NCBI GenBank assembly: GCA_964016885.1
Contig: OZ024751.1
Location: forward strand, 52,204,001 to 52,268,000
Reading direction: 5' to 3'
DNA from: Eledone cirrhosa
Taxonomy: Eukaryota
Length of the DNA stretch: 64,000 nucleotides
The translations under genes were made by a program, and so were the position numbers. Shown piece after piece: positions 20,207-34,020 of this stretch; the stretch's first letter is position 1, and each line of letters begins with the position of its first letter. The notes below the pieces were generated by a model. That model was not told the DNA's origin and made no database searches. It saw only the letters and a program-made list of their open reading frames with translations.

Positions 20207-21396
20207 CTCTCTCTCTCTCTCTCTCTCTCTCTGGATAAGGTAGTCATTAGAGCATTGGATATTTTATTATTTCTGTGTTCAAATTCCACCGAGGACCACT
20301 TTGCTTTTCATCCTTTTGGGGTTGATAAAAAATACCAGCTCAGTGCTGGTGCAGCCCTCTCTCCTTTCATTTGTCACATACTGGGTGTTCACTAGATCAA
20401 ATGAGGGTGTGTGTGTCTGCTTTTGACTACATGAACACCTAAAACATTTAGTGAAAGCACAGTATGTACTACCAAATCCGACTCGATTATAAGTGATAAC
20501 TTGATAACTGTTGTTTTTATTTGTTTTTGTTTATCAATGGGAATATTGCATTTTTATTCTTTTTTTTCAATTATAAAATGAATACATTTTATTTCTGGAA
20601 TATATCATGTAAATACAGTTTAATAGAAAAAGAAGAGAATTTAGATTGAGAAAAATGGAATGTGAAATAGGAAAATCTAGGGTTAGTATTATTTGATTTG
20701 TTTTTTTCTTAGTCCACACAGTAAAATTGGAATTACCAAGTTGGTAGAATAGTAGTAAATACTATTGAATATATATATACTGGCTTGTTCAGATATGTTT
20801 CTTTCTTCCATTTATAACTTAAGCTCATGTCTTTTATATTAAGAAATCTAACCTAGGAATTAGTTTGTTGTTAATTAACTGTGGATAGTTTTTTGTTGTT
20901 GTTGTTTTTATTTTTTAATTTACTTATTTACTCTAAAAAGAATGAAGTTGAGAGGTTAATTAGGTTTTCTAATTAAAAAGATGGATATAAACAATAATAG
21001 CATCCAACAACAATAAAGGGGAATAGCAACAACAACAGTCTACAGTAACAAGTCTACAAGAACAACAATAACAAAATCTAAATAACTTATTACTGAGTTT
21101 GTTGTATATTTCAAGTGAAATGGACTGTTGCCAGGGTATGGTTGTTTCTAGTAAATGTACTATTGTAATCTATATTGGAAGTGTGTTAGGACCGAGGGTT
21201 AGAAGACTCAACTAGAGAGTTATACCAAATGCCATGTGGTATTTAGTTGACATTCCAAGTTCAAATAATGCCATGGTCAACTTAGTTTTTTATCATTCCT
21301 AGGATTTATAAAATGGATGGCAGTCAAGTATTATGGCATATATAATCATTTGCCCAAAAATGTGTGGACTTATGCCCCCCCCCCTCTCTCTCTCTC

Positions 21397-22410
21397 TATC
21401 ATCATTTTACGTCCGCTTTTCCCTGCTTGCAAGGGTGGGACGGGTCTTATTCAGCATCTCTCCACTTGTCACGGTCCCTCGTCATCTCCACCGTGAGCTT
21501 CAATGATCTGAGGTCTGTTCTCACCATCTCCGCCCATGTTTTTCATGGTCTACCTCTACCACGTCTTCCTTCAACTGGCAATTCCTGGCACTTCTTCACC
21601 CATCGGTCATCCTCTCCCGTACACTACATTCTATCCCTCTCAGACACAGTTTCTCTCTCAACACATTTATGCTCGGTCGTTCACGCACATTTACACTGCA
21701 CATCCAACGGAGCATGCTTGCCTCATTTCTCACCAGCCGTCGCATATCCTCTGCAGTTGCTGCCCATGTCTCACTACCATGCAGCATCGCGCTCCTCACA
21801 CAAGCATCATACAACCGGCCTTTCGTATGCAGGGAGAACCCCTTCTTCGTCAACAGAGGAAGCAGCTCCCTAAACTTCTTCCAACCCGTCCTTATTCTAG
21901 ATACTATGGCCTCGGAACACCCTCCTCCCATGCTAATCTGATCTCCTAGGTACCGGAAGCTATCCACCACTTCTATAGCGCCCTCTTGCATTTGAAAAAT
22001 GTGTCTATCAGTGCGACTTCTACTGTCTAATTTCCCTGTACATCTACTGCATACATATTTCTCCCTACCTGTTAGTTTGCCTGCTATCCCGCTACATCTC
22101 TTGTGTACCCAGGATCTGCATTGTGTGCATTTTATAGAATTTATGCCAGTTCCTTTTCTGCATATCGAACATGGCCATTTCCCTGACGGAATTAGGGTTT
22201 TATCCTCTTTTCTACTCATCAACACTTTTGTCTTAGCTAGATTCACTCTCAGTCCTCTTGCTTCCAACTGCTGTTTCCATAGCCAGAATTTATTCTCTAG
22301 CTCCTCTACTGATTCTGCTATAAGAACCAGATCGTCAGCATAGAGAAGTTCCCATGGACAGCCAGTCTTAAACTCCTCTGTTATGGCTTGGAGGACTATA
22401 ATGAACAATA
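21397..22410 (-). mobile_element. 5'-truncated RTE LINE of a second subfamily (RT C-terminus, PHD-like finger, very short 3'UTR)
   Basis: ORF 21596-22408 (LQAITEEFKTGCPWELLYADDL...WPCSICRK...WVHKRC...CSRC...FRYLG) is homologous to the RTE at 10332-12446. Internal deletion and frameshift near 21600; tail at 21397-21444. Confidence 0.92.
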
Positions 22411-22560
22411 TATATATAATCTTGGCTTCATTGGGCTCAAAACATAAGCTCGAGGCAACATAAAACTCTTTTAGGAATTTATGATGGTCTCCATCGTATT
22501 TCTGATATTGTGCAAAAGAGATTTACAGGCGGCTAGTGTCATCACACCTCAGATGAGGCT

Positions 22561-22817
22561 GTACTTTCTTTTGGCACAAATCCGAACTGCATCTCATCTA
22601 GATTAATTCGATCCCTAATCGTTACTTTCTGTAACTTTCATGACCTGGTCGATCGGTTTGATGCCGCGTTAGTTCCTTCTGTCTAGAGCCTCACCTTTGT
22701 CCTTGTAGCAATTGATAATGATGCTGCTGCTATGCCAGTCATTGGGTATGACACCATTTTGTATTACTTGGTTTACAATATGAGTGGTTATGATGTGTCC
22801 TATCATCCCAATATTCT
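22561..22817 (-). mobile_element. Older degenerate RTE RT fragment
   Basis: Reverse strand reads DWHSSSII.NCYKDKGEALDRRN and IRDRINLDEMQFGFVPKEST, with stops and deletions. Confidence 0.8.
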
Positions 22818-23319
22818 TTATCATGAGTGATGAGTCTTGCTACTCTGGAGTTTCAACTGTGTACTCACAGGATCATCAGATGATGACGGTGATGATGATG
22901 ATGATGATGATGATGGTGGTGGTGTGTAAATTTGTTTAATGTAAAGCCTGTTACATGTAAATAAGCTATATTTAAAAAAAAACTTCATTTTATTATCATT
23001 CACAATATATTTGTGTAAAATAAACATATTTGCCAGCCCTATTGACAGTACAGTAGATGTACACTAGTATCTTTATATGTGCCAGCCCTAATGACAGTTA
23101 GTACATGTACACCAGTATCTTTATATGTGACTAACATACTGTCTTAGCCTTTACTTCTATAAGGCTTTATTGTTTTACTTTATGAACTTTTCCTGTTAAA
23201 AGTCCCTATGGAGTATTTAGTGTCTGTCTTAGTAAAACAACAGTAGTTCTATTCAATCTTTCTTAAAAGAAGTATTGAAAGAAATTTCAAATGTAGTCAA
23301 CCTAATGCAAATGACCATA

Positions 23320-23500
23320 ATAATCGTTTCTACTTTTTGCACAAGGCCAGCAATTACCCAGTGCATAACTGGTGTGTTATTTTATCGACCCCATAATGTA
23401 AAGTTAACCTTGGCGGGATTTGAACTCAGAACGTAAAGGGCCATAACTATATGCTGCGAAGCATGGTGTCTGACGCTCTACCGATACTGCTAAGTTCCTC
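23320..23500 (-). mobile_element. Meta-domain tRNA-derived SINE copy
   Basis: Reverse complement of the family at 53266-53447 (GAGTTCAAATCC B-box, GGGGTCGATAAAAT, GCTGGCCTTGTGC tail). Confidence 0.75.
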
Positions 23501-24521
23501 CCATAATAATAGTTGAGAAAACTGGGTAAAGTACATATAGAGAAGAGATTCCTTCCAAACTTTTAAATTAATTTTATGTACAATTTCTACAGGCGTTATT
23601 TCTTCAAGATGTTCTGTTCAATATATTTAAAGGCTTTACTTTGTTTCTTGCTAAAGATTGATTTAGTTGAGTTGGCAGAGTAGTAGATATATCTGTAGCA
23701 TAGCATACACTGTACACACGATGTACCGATAGATAGAAAGCTTCTAGCCTCATCTGCTCTATTGAACAATCCACTGTTGTCATTTAAACTATCTCTCTCT
23801 CCCTACAGAGAGAGAGAGACACACACACATACAGACACATGCACACATCTCTCCCTTTATTGTAAAGGTCCCTTGTATCCTAGAAGGAAATCACCATTGC
23901 TCTGATAAAGCACCAATTAGTTGTTTACATTATATCTAGATAATACCTAAGTTTTTTTTTTCTAAAAGGTCATCTATGTGAAAAATATCTTTGATTGATG
24001 TGTCACCCCACCATCACCACCACCAAACCACTACTATTTAGCTTACAACCAACATTTTTCTATAGAAAATTGTGATAAATCAATGTATATTATTAAACCA
24101 AGATGCATGTTGGGTAAAATTAGTAAACAGCTTTTATTTTATTTCATTTTACTTATAAGATATCCATCTCTTATATTCATATTAATGATATTCTGCAAAT
24201 AAGGAAGCCTCCTCATGGTTACTTGTTCTACTAGAAATAGTAGGTGGTTATCCTAAATCATGTATCACCATCTTTAAGATGAAAAACACATTAGATAATG
24301 TAATCCAGGGTACATTTAGTTGACATCATGTCTACAAAAAAAAAAAAAAAAAAAAATTGAAATAAAAAATGAACAGGTCATGACTAAAATATCTTTGGTA
24401 AAGAAGGCTGATAAAAAATGATCAATAACTAATGGCTTTATGAATCAATGGCAGTCTATACATGGTAGCTTTACATTCTAGAAATAGCAGCCAAATCTTA
24501 CTCAAATCCCACCATAACATC

Positions 24522-24882
24522 TTAACCCTTTAGCAATTAAATCGGCCGTATCCGGCCAGAATTCTCTCACCTCTTTCTGTTCAAACCGGCTGTAACCGGC
24601 CGCTGATACCTACATTAAGGTATTGTTCTCAAAATAAATAACATCAAAATCTTGTAGATTCGATATTATATGAGATAATTATGTAAGATAAATCCTTTAC
24701 CGTGAAAATGCGATAGTAAATATAGAATAATTGTTTCTACTTTTGGCACAAGGCCAGCAATTACTCAATGCATTACTGGTACTTTATTTTTTCGACCCCG
24801 TAATAATGAAAGGCAAAGTTAATCTCGACGGAATTTGAACTCAAACTGTAAATATAGAATAATGTAAATGCTAAAGGGTTAA
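24522..24882. mobile_element. TTAA-flanked MITE (piggyBac-like CCCTTT ends) interrupted by a SINE with a 16-bp target-site duplication
   Basis: TTAA-CCCTTTAGCA...TGCTAAAGGG-TTAA. SINE fragment at 24732-24847 flanked by GTAAATATAGAATAAT at 24716 and 24848. Confidence 0.8.
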
Positions 24883-25054
24883 ACAAGGAAGGGCTTATTG
24901 GATAATGTATTGCTAGGAACCTGTAAAAAAAGAAAACGATGTGGTTATGACCTGAACATGTTTTTGTTTTTTGCTCATTCCAACAAGGCAATAAAGCTAC
25001 TAAAATACAAGGGGTTACTGAGAAAGGAGAAAGACAAGACAGAGAGAACATAAT

Positions 25055-25275
25055 TCAAGGAAAGAGATGTTGGTTTTGAATTTTTTGCAAATTGTAGGGG
25101 AAAGTTGACTAGATCGACCCCAGTGCATTACTGGTACTTTTTCTTATTGACTCCATAAGGATGAAAGACAAAGCTAACCTCAGCGGGATTTGAACTCAGA
25201 ATGTAAAGGGCCATAACTAAATACTGCAAAGCATTTTAACTGACGCTCTACCAATTCTGCCAATCCACTGCCTTA
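25055..25275 (-). mobile_element. Meta-domain SINE copy
   Basis: CTGGTACTTT...GGATGAAAG.CAAAG...GGATTTGAACTCAGA matches the family in reverse. Confidence 0.7.
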
Positions 25276-25914
25276 CACTAGCTTAATAATGAGAAAGTTT
25301 GTTAAATTATTAAATACTTCAAAATGTTTCATTATTTTTAAAATTCTTTGAAAATCAAAGGTCGTGTCATTCATTAGAAAAATGATAATGAAAGTGTTAA
25401 TATGGGATTTAGAGATGTAATTAATTAGTAAAGAATAATTAAATTTAATTGGATCTTATCAGGCTTTTAATGGCTTTCAATATATATTCTTTTAATTGTT
25501 TCTTTTTTTTCCCGCACTGCAGCAGATGATCGGAAACTGTTAATTCCATTCCCTGTGAGGGTGGTTATAGATTGAAATGGGATCTAGTTACTAGAAACTT
25601 GAATAATGGCATCTTTTGATAAAATGGGTTGATGGGTGAAGCAAGTTTACCAGGTGGGGCTACAAGTAACAGATTATTATGATAGGAGATAGCCAGGTTG
25701 GGCTGTAGGTTGTAGATTATTGCCTGACTTTTCATAATTCTATGTTACTAATATTTTTATTTTTATTTTCTTTGTAATTTGGGCTACATTTACTTGAAAA
25801 TTTTAATTTTAAAAATTTAGAATCCTATTGAATATCATATTAAATTATCAACTGCTTAAAGAAGAATCGACCTACCGGCAATTATGAGTGTTTGTGTGCG
25901 AGTGTGTGTGAGAT

Positions 25915-26635
25915 TGATAGTGTTGGAGTATGGAGGAATATGATAGAACTATGAGGAGGGTGATAGTGTTGGAGTATGGAGGAATATGATAGAACTGTGA
26001 GGAGGGTGATAGTGTTGGAGTATGGAGGAATATGATAGAACTATGAGGAGGGTGATAGTGTTGGAGTATGGAGGAATATGATAGAACTGTGAGGAGGGTG
26101 ATAGTGTTGGAGTATGGAGGAATATGATAGAACTGTGAGGAGGGTGGGAGTGTTGGAGTATGGAGGAATATGATAGAACTGTGAGGAGGGTGATAGTGTT
26201 GGAGTATGGAGGAATATGATAGAACTATGAGGAGGGTGATAGTGTTGGAGTATGGAGGAATATGATAGAACTGTGAGGAGGGTGATAGTGTTGGAGTATG
26301 GAGGAATATGATAGAACTGTGAGGAGGGTGGGAGTGTTGGAGTATGGAGGAGGTTGATAGTGTTGGAGTATGGAGGAATATGATAGAACTGTGAGGAGGG
26401 TGATAGTGTTGGAGTATGGAGGAATATGATAGAACTGTGAGGAGGGTGATAGTGTTGGAGTATGGAGGAATATGATAGAACTGTGAGGACGGTGATAGTG
26501 TTGGAGTATGGAGGAATATGATAGAACTGTGAGGAGGGTGATAGTGTTGGAGTATGGAGGAATATGATAGAACTGTGAGGAGGGTGATAGTGTTGGAGTA
26601 TGGAGGAGGTTGATAGTGTTGGAATATGGAGATAT
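25915..26635. repeat. 46-bp minisatellite (TGATAGTGTTGGAGTATGGAGGAATATGATAGAACTGTGAGGAGGG)
   Basis: About 15 near-identical tandem units. Confidence 0.95.
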
Positions 26636-27059
26636 GACTAGAATTGGGGAAGACAAATAAAATTCTGAAAAAATATGCAACAATTTAAATATAACGTTAA
26701 CAGACTTTTGCTACTTCACCAACAGAGAATGATAAAAAAAAAGAATGGTAGTAAAACTGGCTGTATTTTTTCTTCTTTTTTTTTTCTTTTAGTTTTCTCT
26801 AAAAATCTTTTTGAAATAATAATACTGGTTTTTCTTCTTTCCCCAATTTTTAACAATGTTCTCTTATTTTCATAAAACAATGAAGCCATCACCATCGCTA
26901 TCATCGGCTACAACAATAGACATTGTAGTTGCTATTACATAGTGTTTCTTTATTACATCTTCTTGCCTTTTTCTTCTTTCTTTCTCTCTCTTCATTTTCT
27001 CCTTCATTCATTTTGTGCTGATAAGTGAATATTCTCAGTATTTTGCCAATTTTCTTCAT

Positions 27060-27515
27060 TTAGTCATCAAGAGCTGGAAACTGTTATGTTTTTAGGCGGG
27101 GAAAAATGAATCAACTTTGGACATCTTTGATCGCCATACCTGGAGTGGGGATGGAACTGTGTTCATTGATGTTTCGGATGCACCGAATGCTTATCCCATC
27201 CTAGTTCAGCAATGGATGTCTGTGACCACCATGTATGAGAGGCCTCTGTTCACGATGTTGGGAATGTTTATCCCATCATAGTTGAACACCAACACAAGTT
27301 GAAGTAATATTATTGGAACTGACTAAAATGTTCACCTTTCTCAGTTCAACAAAATGCGGAAGGTCAAATGCCAATAATCGATTGATCCGCTTTTGTAAAT
27401 TGATATGTCTGTATCCCCAAGCATGACCAGCTGAGCTCATGAATGTTATCCAACCATCTTGCTCGACGTCTGCCTCTGTGTATCCAGTCAGATGGTTTTG
27501 CTTCAAATATCTGTA
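27060..27515 (-). mobile_element. 3' fragment of another LINE (RTE-like RT C-terminus and 3'UTR)
   Basis: Reverse frame IFEAKPSDWIHRGRRRARWLDNI resembles the R-x-RGR-x-R-x-RW-x-D-x-I end of RTE ORFs; truncated at (TG)n. Confidence 0.55.
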
Positions 27516-27561
<46 letters not shown>

Positions 27562-28201
27562 TGGGTTCAATCGAGGGGTAACCACAGTAAGGGACTCAAT
27601 ACATAGCAGAGTATAAATATTTAATATAGAAATGGCTTCTACAGGACTAGAATTGTTTCATTCGAAGGAAATCATCATCAGATATGTTTAACAGCTTGTA
27701 TTTTTTTCTACACACAAGTTAAGTAATTCCTTAATTACACACAACCCAACAGACAGCCTTTGACACCCCACCACCTCTGTCCTTGGTCCTCTTCCACCTC
27801 TGCACTATCTAGCCCCCACTTCCGCCACACCATCATATCTTCCCTCTCATTGGTTCCACACCACCCTATCCCCTCCCCTTTCACACAGATGTACACACAC
27901 TCTCCCTCACACACACGTGTAACTATATATACACACACTCTCTCACACACCCAACTACACAACTTTCCATTCAATAGCAATGTCACCATCGTGTTAGTGT
28001 AGTGCCATTTAGAGAATGTCCTTAACTAACAACAGAATTATTGGCATGGTAATTACCATACTATTATGATGAAGTACTGATGTTATGTTATTTATATTGC
28101 TCTTGATGACTCTTATTGGTGTATATATATATATATATGTAAATATATCCGGATATGCGTATGTGAATGTATGCATGTATCTATGTATGTATGTATGTAT
28201 G

Positions 28202-28249
<48 letters not shown>

Positions 28250-28687
28250 AATATATCCGGATATGTGTATGTGAATGTATGCATGTATCTATGTATGTGT
28301 ATGTATGTATATATATATATGTGTGTGTAAATATGTGTATGTGAATACATACATGCATCTATGTATGTATGCGTATATATGTAAATATATGTGGATATGA
28401 GTATGTGAGTGTGCTTGTGTGTGCATAAATGTAATTACACAAACGCAAAACATGTAAATCAATATATATATATATATATGTGTGGGAACATACATGTACA
28501 CATTTTTAATCTCATGCACACACACACACACACACATATATGTATGTATATATATATGCATACACACACACATATAGCCAGTTGCATGTGTCAACTTACA
28601 TATATCATTGCAAGGAAAATGGCAAAATAAACACAAATGTAAAATGATATAAATAAAACAAAAAAAAACATTACTATTTGTTGTAAA

Positions 28688-28746
<59 letters not shown>

Positions 28747-28763
28747 ATATATATAGATAGACA

Positions 28764-29052
28764 ATATGCCCCCACACCCTCCCACTGTAAAGTGGTCGTG
28801 GAGGTGCCACAGCAAAAAAGCACCCAGCCCACACTGTAAAGTGGACGTGTAGGCGCCACGGAAAAAAAAAGCACCCAGCACTCACTGTAAATGAGGTTGG
28901 TGTTAGGAAGGGCATCCAGCTGTAGAAATCAAGCCAGAATCAGTTCCCGTACGAGCAAGACAAGGTCAGCTGACCAGACACTGCCCACAGCAGGACAGCT
29001 CGTCTAACCCATGCTAGCATGGAAGAACGGACGTAAAACGGTGATGATGATA
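28764..29052 (+). mobile_element. RTE 3'UTR-type fragment (truncated LINE or SINE) with (GAT)n tail
   Basis: Tandem CACTGTAAA.TGG units, the GGTTGGTGTTAGGAAGGGCATCCAGCTGTAG motif and a CCATGCtaGCATGG hairpin. Confidence 0.85.
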
Positions 29053-29799
29053 TATATATATATATATACATAAAGGGATGAGGTGTTAGATCTTCATTAC
29101 ATTTATACACAAACACTTAATATGTGTGTGTATATACTGTGTGTGTATATACTGGAGACAGGCATGGTTGAGTTAAGAAGTTCACTTTGGAATTCTGTAG
29201 TCCTTGTTTCAGTCTTACTGTATGGTATCGGGTGAACTCAATATTTGCCAGTGGAAACTGGGCCGACAGAAACTGTGTGGAAGCCTGTCTGTCAGACTGT
29301 ACTTTATAATTCAAACGTGTAACCTTGTCATATGATGTGCCATTGTCTTTGGAATATTCAGCCATTTAGCAAACTAATTCAGCGTAGGTGGTTGTAGGGG
29401 TGTATGTGGTGGTGTTCCTGATGTGGGTGGTTGTTTTCGTAGCAGTGGTGGGGGTGGTATAGTGGTGTGGGTGGCTGATTTGTGGTGTTAGTGTCTGTGT
29501 AGATAATAATGTTGGTGGTAGTAATAGTTGTGGGTGGAAGTAGTAGTGGTGGTGGTGGTGGTGGTGATAGTAGTAGTGGGTGGTTGAAGTGGTAGTGGTG
29601 TGGGGACTAGTAATAATAGTGTTGTGTGTGGTGGTGGTGGTACAGTTAAGTGCACCTTACTAAACCATATTGTCTGTAATTGGCTGCTGACATTGTTTCA
29701 AAAACCCAAGTGTTTAGAGCAGAGGTAATTACTTAACATGTCTGGGGTTTGTTGGGGTTAATGGTGGTTATAGAGGAGGTGGAATTTTGAGTTACAGAC

Positions 29800-29823
29800 A
29801 GCCAACCAGTCAGCCATCCAACA

Positions 29824-29856
<33 letters not shown>

Positions 29857-30130
29857 TCCATCCATCCATCCATCCAGCCAGCCAGCCAGCCAGCCAGCCA
29901 ACCAATCAGCCAGCCAGCCAGCCAACCAACCAGTCAGCCAACCAACCAATCAGCCAGCCATCCAGCCAGCCAGCCAGCCCCAAACCAACCAATCAGCCAG
30001 TCAGTTAACCAGCCAGCCAGCCAACCATCCAACCAGCTACCCAACCAGCCAGCCAGCCAACCAATCATCCAACAAACAAACCAGCCAACAAACCAACCAG
30101 CCACCTACCCAGTCAGCCAACCAACTAACC
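29800..30130. repeat. (CCAG/CCAA)n tetranucleotide tract
   Basis: Direct reading. Confidence 0.9.
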
Positions 30131-30384
30131 ACCTATTCCTAATAGTGAGTGATGAAAGTGGTGGTGTTGGTGGGGAGATTACAATTCTAATTTGTGGGTC
30201 AAGAACAACAGAATATTACTTCTTCCTTTTCTTTCTTCTGATATAATGTATAGGTGGTGGTGGTGGTGGTGGTGGGAGTAGGGAGATGGTGTCCGAGCAA
30301 AAGATAGGACAGTGTGTAGGGTGGGTGGTAGGGTGTGTGAAGGGTTGCTCCTAACAGTTCTGAAATTAATCTACTAGACACCTA

Positions 30385-30695
30385 GTATGTGGGTGGTGGT
30401 AGTGGTAATGGTGGTAGTGGTGGTAGTGATAATGGTGTGGGTGGTGGTAGTGGTAATGGTGGTAGTGGTGGTTGTGGTAGTGATAATGGTGTGGGTGGTG
30501 GTAGTGGTAATAGTGGTGGTTGTGGTAACAGTGTGGGTGGTGGTAATGGTAGTGGTCATAATGGTGGTGGTAGTGGTATCAGCGGTGCTAGTAGTAGTAG
30601 CAGTAATTATGGTGATGGTAGTGGTCTTGAGTGATGGTTGTGATAGTCATGGTAGTGGCAGCAGTGGTAGTATTGGTGGTAGTAGTGGTAGGTGA
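30385..30695. repeat. (GGT/AGT)n degenerate trinucleotide tract
   Basis: Direct reading. Confidence 0.85.
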
Positions 30696-31359
30696 AGTAT
30701 GGCTTAGTTAAGTATTTGACAGTTTGGGATTTAAAAAGTTATTTGTTACAAACAAAAACCAAAAGTGTTTTCTTCCTTTATTTATTCAGTATGTAAAATA
30801 GCTGAAGGGGACAACAGAGGAGAATGTTGTAGATAAATATTCTGGGAAATATGGGAAAGGCAGTGGAGAGAGTGTGGAACTGGCAGCGGAGAAACAGTGG
30901 AACTGGCAGTGGAGAGACAGTGGAGAAACAGTGGAACTGGCAGTGGACAGACTGTGGAACTGGCAGTGGAGAAACAGTGGAACTGGCAGGGGAACAAATG
31001 AAGTGGCTACAATCCTCAAGAAATTAAACGAATTGCTAAGAAACCATATTAACAATTGTCTGTGTGTGTGTTTGTGTATTTATGCATGTTTGTATGTATA
31101 TGTGAGTGTATGTGTGTGTTTATGTATATGTGAGTATATGTGTGTGTTGTGTGTGTTTCTGTATGTATGTATGCATGTGTATGTATGTGTGTTGTATGTG
31201 CATCATCATCATCATCATCAGTTAACTTCCATTTTTCCATGTCAGGATGTGTTAGATAAATGGTCACACCCATGTTGGAAGGGTTATTTGTATTCTTACA
31301 TGTTTATTATATTATGCATGACATGCATTAATTCAGGTTTATATGAATTATAAACCCCA

Positions 31360-31688
31360 ATCCACTACCCCTACCCTATCCTCCCACTCCCACCAACAGC
31401 ACGAGATAATGAGAGCGAGATTGTGTAGGTGTCACGACAAAAAACACAAACAGTCCACACTGTAATGTGGTCGTGTAGGTGACACGGTAAAAAGTTCCCA
31501 GTTCCACACTGTAAATGTGGTTGGTGTTAGGAAGGGCATCCAGCCGTAGAAAACCTGCCAGATAGTCCTATATGAGCGAGACACGGTCACTCGACCAACC
31601 TTGCCTCAAGTGGGACAACTCCCGTCCAACCCATGCTAGCATGGAAAATGGACGTTAAACGAAGATGATGATGATGATGATGATGATA
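31360..31688 (+). mobile_element. RTE 3'UTR fragment, same family as 8917-12854
   Basis: Colinear with 12600-12854, including the (GAT)n tail. Confidence 0.88.
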
Positions 31689-32067
31689 TAGTGTATCTGA
31701 AATTCAAACCAAAGGACTAACAGATCCAGTTTAGATATCTATAGATATAGGTGTAGTGTAGTGGTTTAGGGGGCATTGAGTGCATTGTTAACACTAGTTT
31801 TATCTGGGATTATAACCCCCATCATTGCTCCACTATGATACCTATTAATTTATTACTTCTATCCCCACACCTTGCTCTAATATTGATTGATTTGTCACAA
31901 GGAAGAAGATTTATTCCACTCATTGAACTAATCATCGGTGTTTATATATAAACTGGTCATTTCTTGGACATTGGCCAGTATAGTTGCTGACCTCTTCTAG
32001 GAAAATAACTACAACTTCTCTTTGTTTGTTTTTTCTATCCCTTGGGAGGGACTATGTTGGAAACACA

Positions 32068-33136
32068 GCTGTAATTGAATAGGCTCTCATTCTGTTGTAC
32101 CTTCCACCAGCAGAATTGGTTTGACTGTGGTAGAAACACAACTATAAATAGGCTCTCATACTGTTGTACCTTCCACCAGCAGAATTGGTTTGACTGTGGT
32201 AGAAATACGACTGTAAATAGGCTCTCATACTGTTGTACCTTCCACCAGCAGAATTGGTTTGACTGTGGTAGAAACACAACTATAAATAGGCTCTCATACT
32301 GTTGTACCTTCCACCAGCAGAATTGGTTTGACTGTGGTAGAAATACGACTGTAAATAGGCTCTCATACTGTTGTACCTTCCACCAGCAGAATTGGTTTGA
32401 CTGTGGTAGAAACACAACTATAAATAGGCTCTCATACTGTTGTACCTTCCACCAGCAGAATTGGTTTGACTGTGGTAGAAATACGACTGTAAATAGGCTC
32501 TCATTCTGTTGTACCTTCCACCAGCAGAATTGGTTTGACTGTGGTAGAAACACAACTATAAATAGGCTCTCATACTGTTGTACCTTCCACCAGCAGAATT
32601 GGTTTGACTGTGGTAGAAATACGACTGTAAATAGGCTCTCATACTGTTGTACCTTCCACCAGCAGAATTGGTTTGACTGTGGTAGAAACACAACTATAAA
32701 TAGGCTCTCATACTGTTGTACCTTCCACCAGCAGAATTGGTTTGACTGTGGTAGAAATACGACTGTAAATAGGCTCTCATACTGTTGTACCTTCCACCAG
32801 CAGAATTGGTTTGACTGTGGTAGAAACACAACTATAAATAGGCTCTCATACTGTTGTACCTTCCACCAGCAGAATTGGTTTGACTGTGGTAGAAATACGA
32901 CTGTAAATAGGCTCTCATTCTGTTGTACCTTCCACCAGCAGAATTGGTTTGACTGTGGTAGAAACACAACTATAAATAGGCTCTCATACTGTTGTACCTT
33001 CCACCAGCAGAATTGGTTTGACTGTGGTAGAAATACGACTGTAAATAGGCTCTCATACTGTTGTACCTTCCACCAGCAGAATTGGTTTGACTGTGGTAGA
33101 AATACGACTGTAAATAGGCTCTCATACTGGTGTACC
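32068..33136. repeat. 69-bp tandem array (about 15.5 units) with higher-order structure
   Basis: Unit AATAGGCTCTCATACTGTTGTACCTTCCACCAGCAGAATTGGTTTGACTGTGGTAGAAA followed by CACAACTATA or TACGACTGTA. Confidence 0.97.
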
Positions 33137-33365
33137 TTAACCCTTTAGTATTTATATTACTCTATATTTACTATTATATTTCCACGGTAAAGGCTTTACC
33201 TCACAAAATTACCTTACATAATATCGAATCTATGAGATTTTGATATTATTTATTTTGAGAACAATACCTTAGAATCAGTATGAACAGTCGGTTATGACCG
33301 GTTTGAACACAAATAGGTGAGAGAATTCTGGCCGGATATGGCGAGTTTAAATGCTAAATGGTTAA
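33137..33365. mobile_element. TTAA-flanked MITE
   Basis: TTAA-CCCTTTAG...CTAAATGG-TTAA; body homologous to 24522-24882 in the opposite orientation. Confidence 0.8.
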
Positions 33366-33691
33366 CATCGGTATGGCTTGGTATGAACACTGATTTGAAG
33401 ATAGGGAGTTTGGCTTTTACACCTCCCTCCCTCATTTCTTCTAATGACTGAAGGTTACATATATTCATCCAAAACAAATGTTTTGCTTTAACTGACAAAA
33501 CAGTGTAACTCGTGAGATGTGAACTTGTGATCAACGAGTGAAGGCTGTTATATATCATATCCACTCATTGCGTCACTATTGCCATTTACTTGTTATTATT
33601 TTCTAAGACAGATTCTGATATTTAACTTGACACATTGGTAATTCTGTCTACCCCCCCCTCTCTCTCTCTTCTTTCTTTTCTTTCTTTTCCC

Positions 33692-33733
<42 letters not shown>

Positions 33734-33944
33734 GCACACATAAATGTATACATTATATATAAAGTGGACATAAAATGATGATGATATATATATTTCTATA
33801 TATAATGTATACATTTATGTATACCCTGTCGTGCATTTGGAATGTGAAACATTTTATCTGACACCCTTTCATTTATATACACACATATATATATATATAC
33901 ACGTTTATGTATACACACATCTATATGCCTATATATATATATAC

Positions 33945-34020
<76 letters not shown>

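Noticed and set aside
30387-30695. Gly/Ser-rich and Val-rich ORFs
   Set aside because: Products of a (GGT/AGT)n simple repeat.
32068-33136. CRISPR-like appearance of the regular array
   Set aside because: No unique spacers, no cas genes, and a eukaryotic context.
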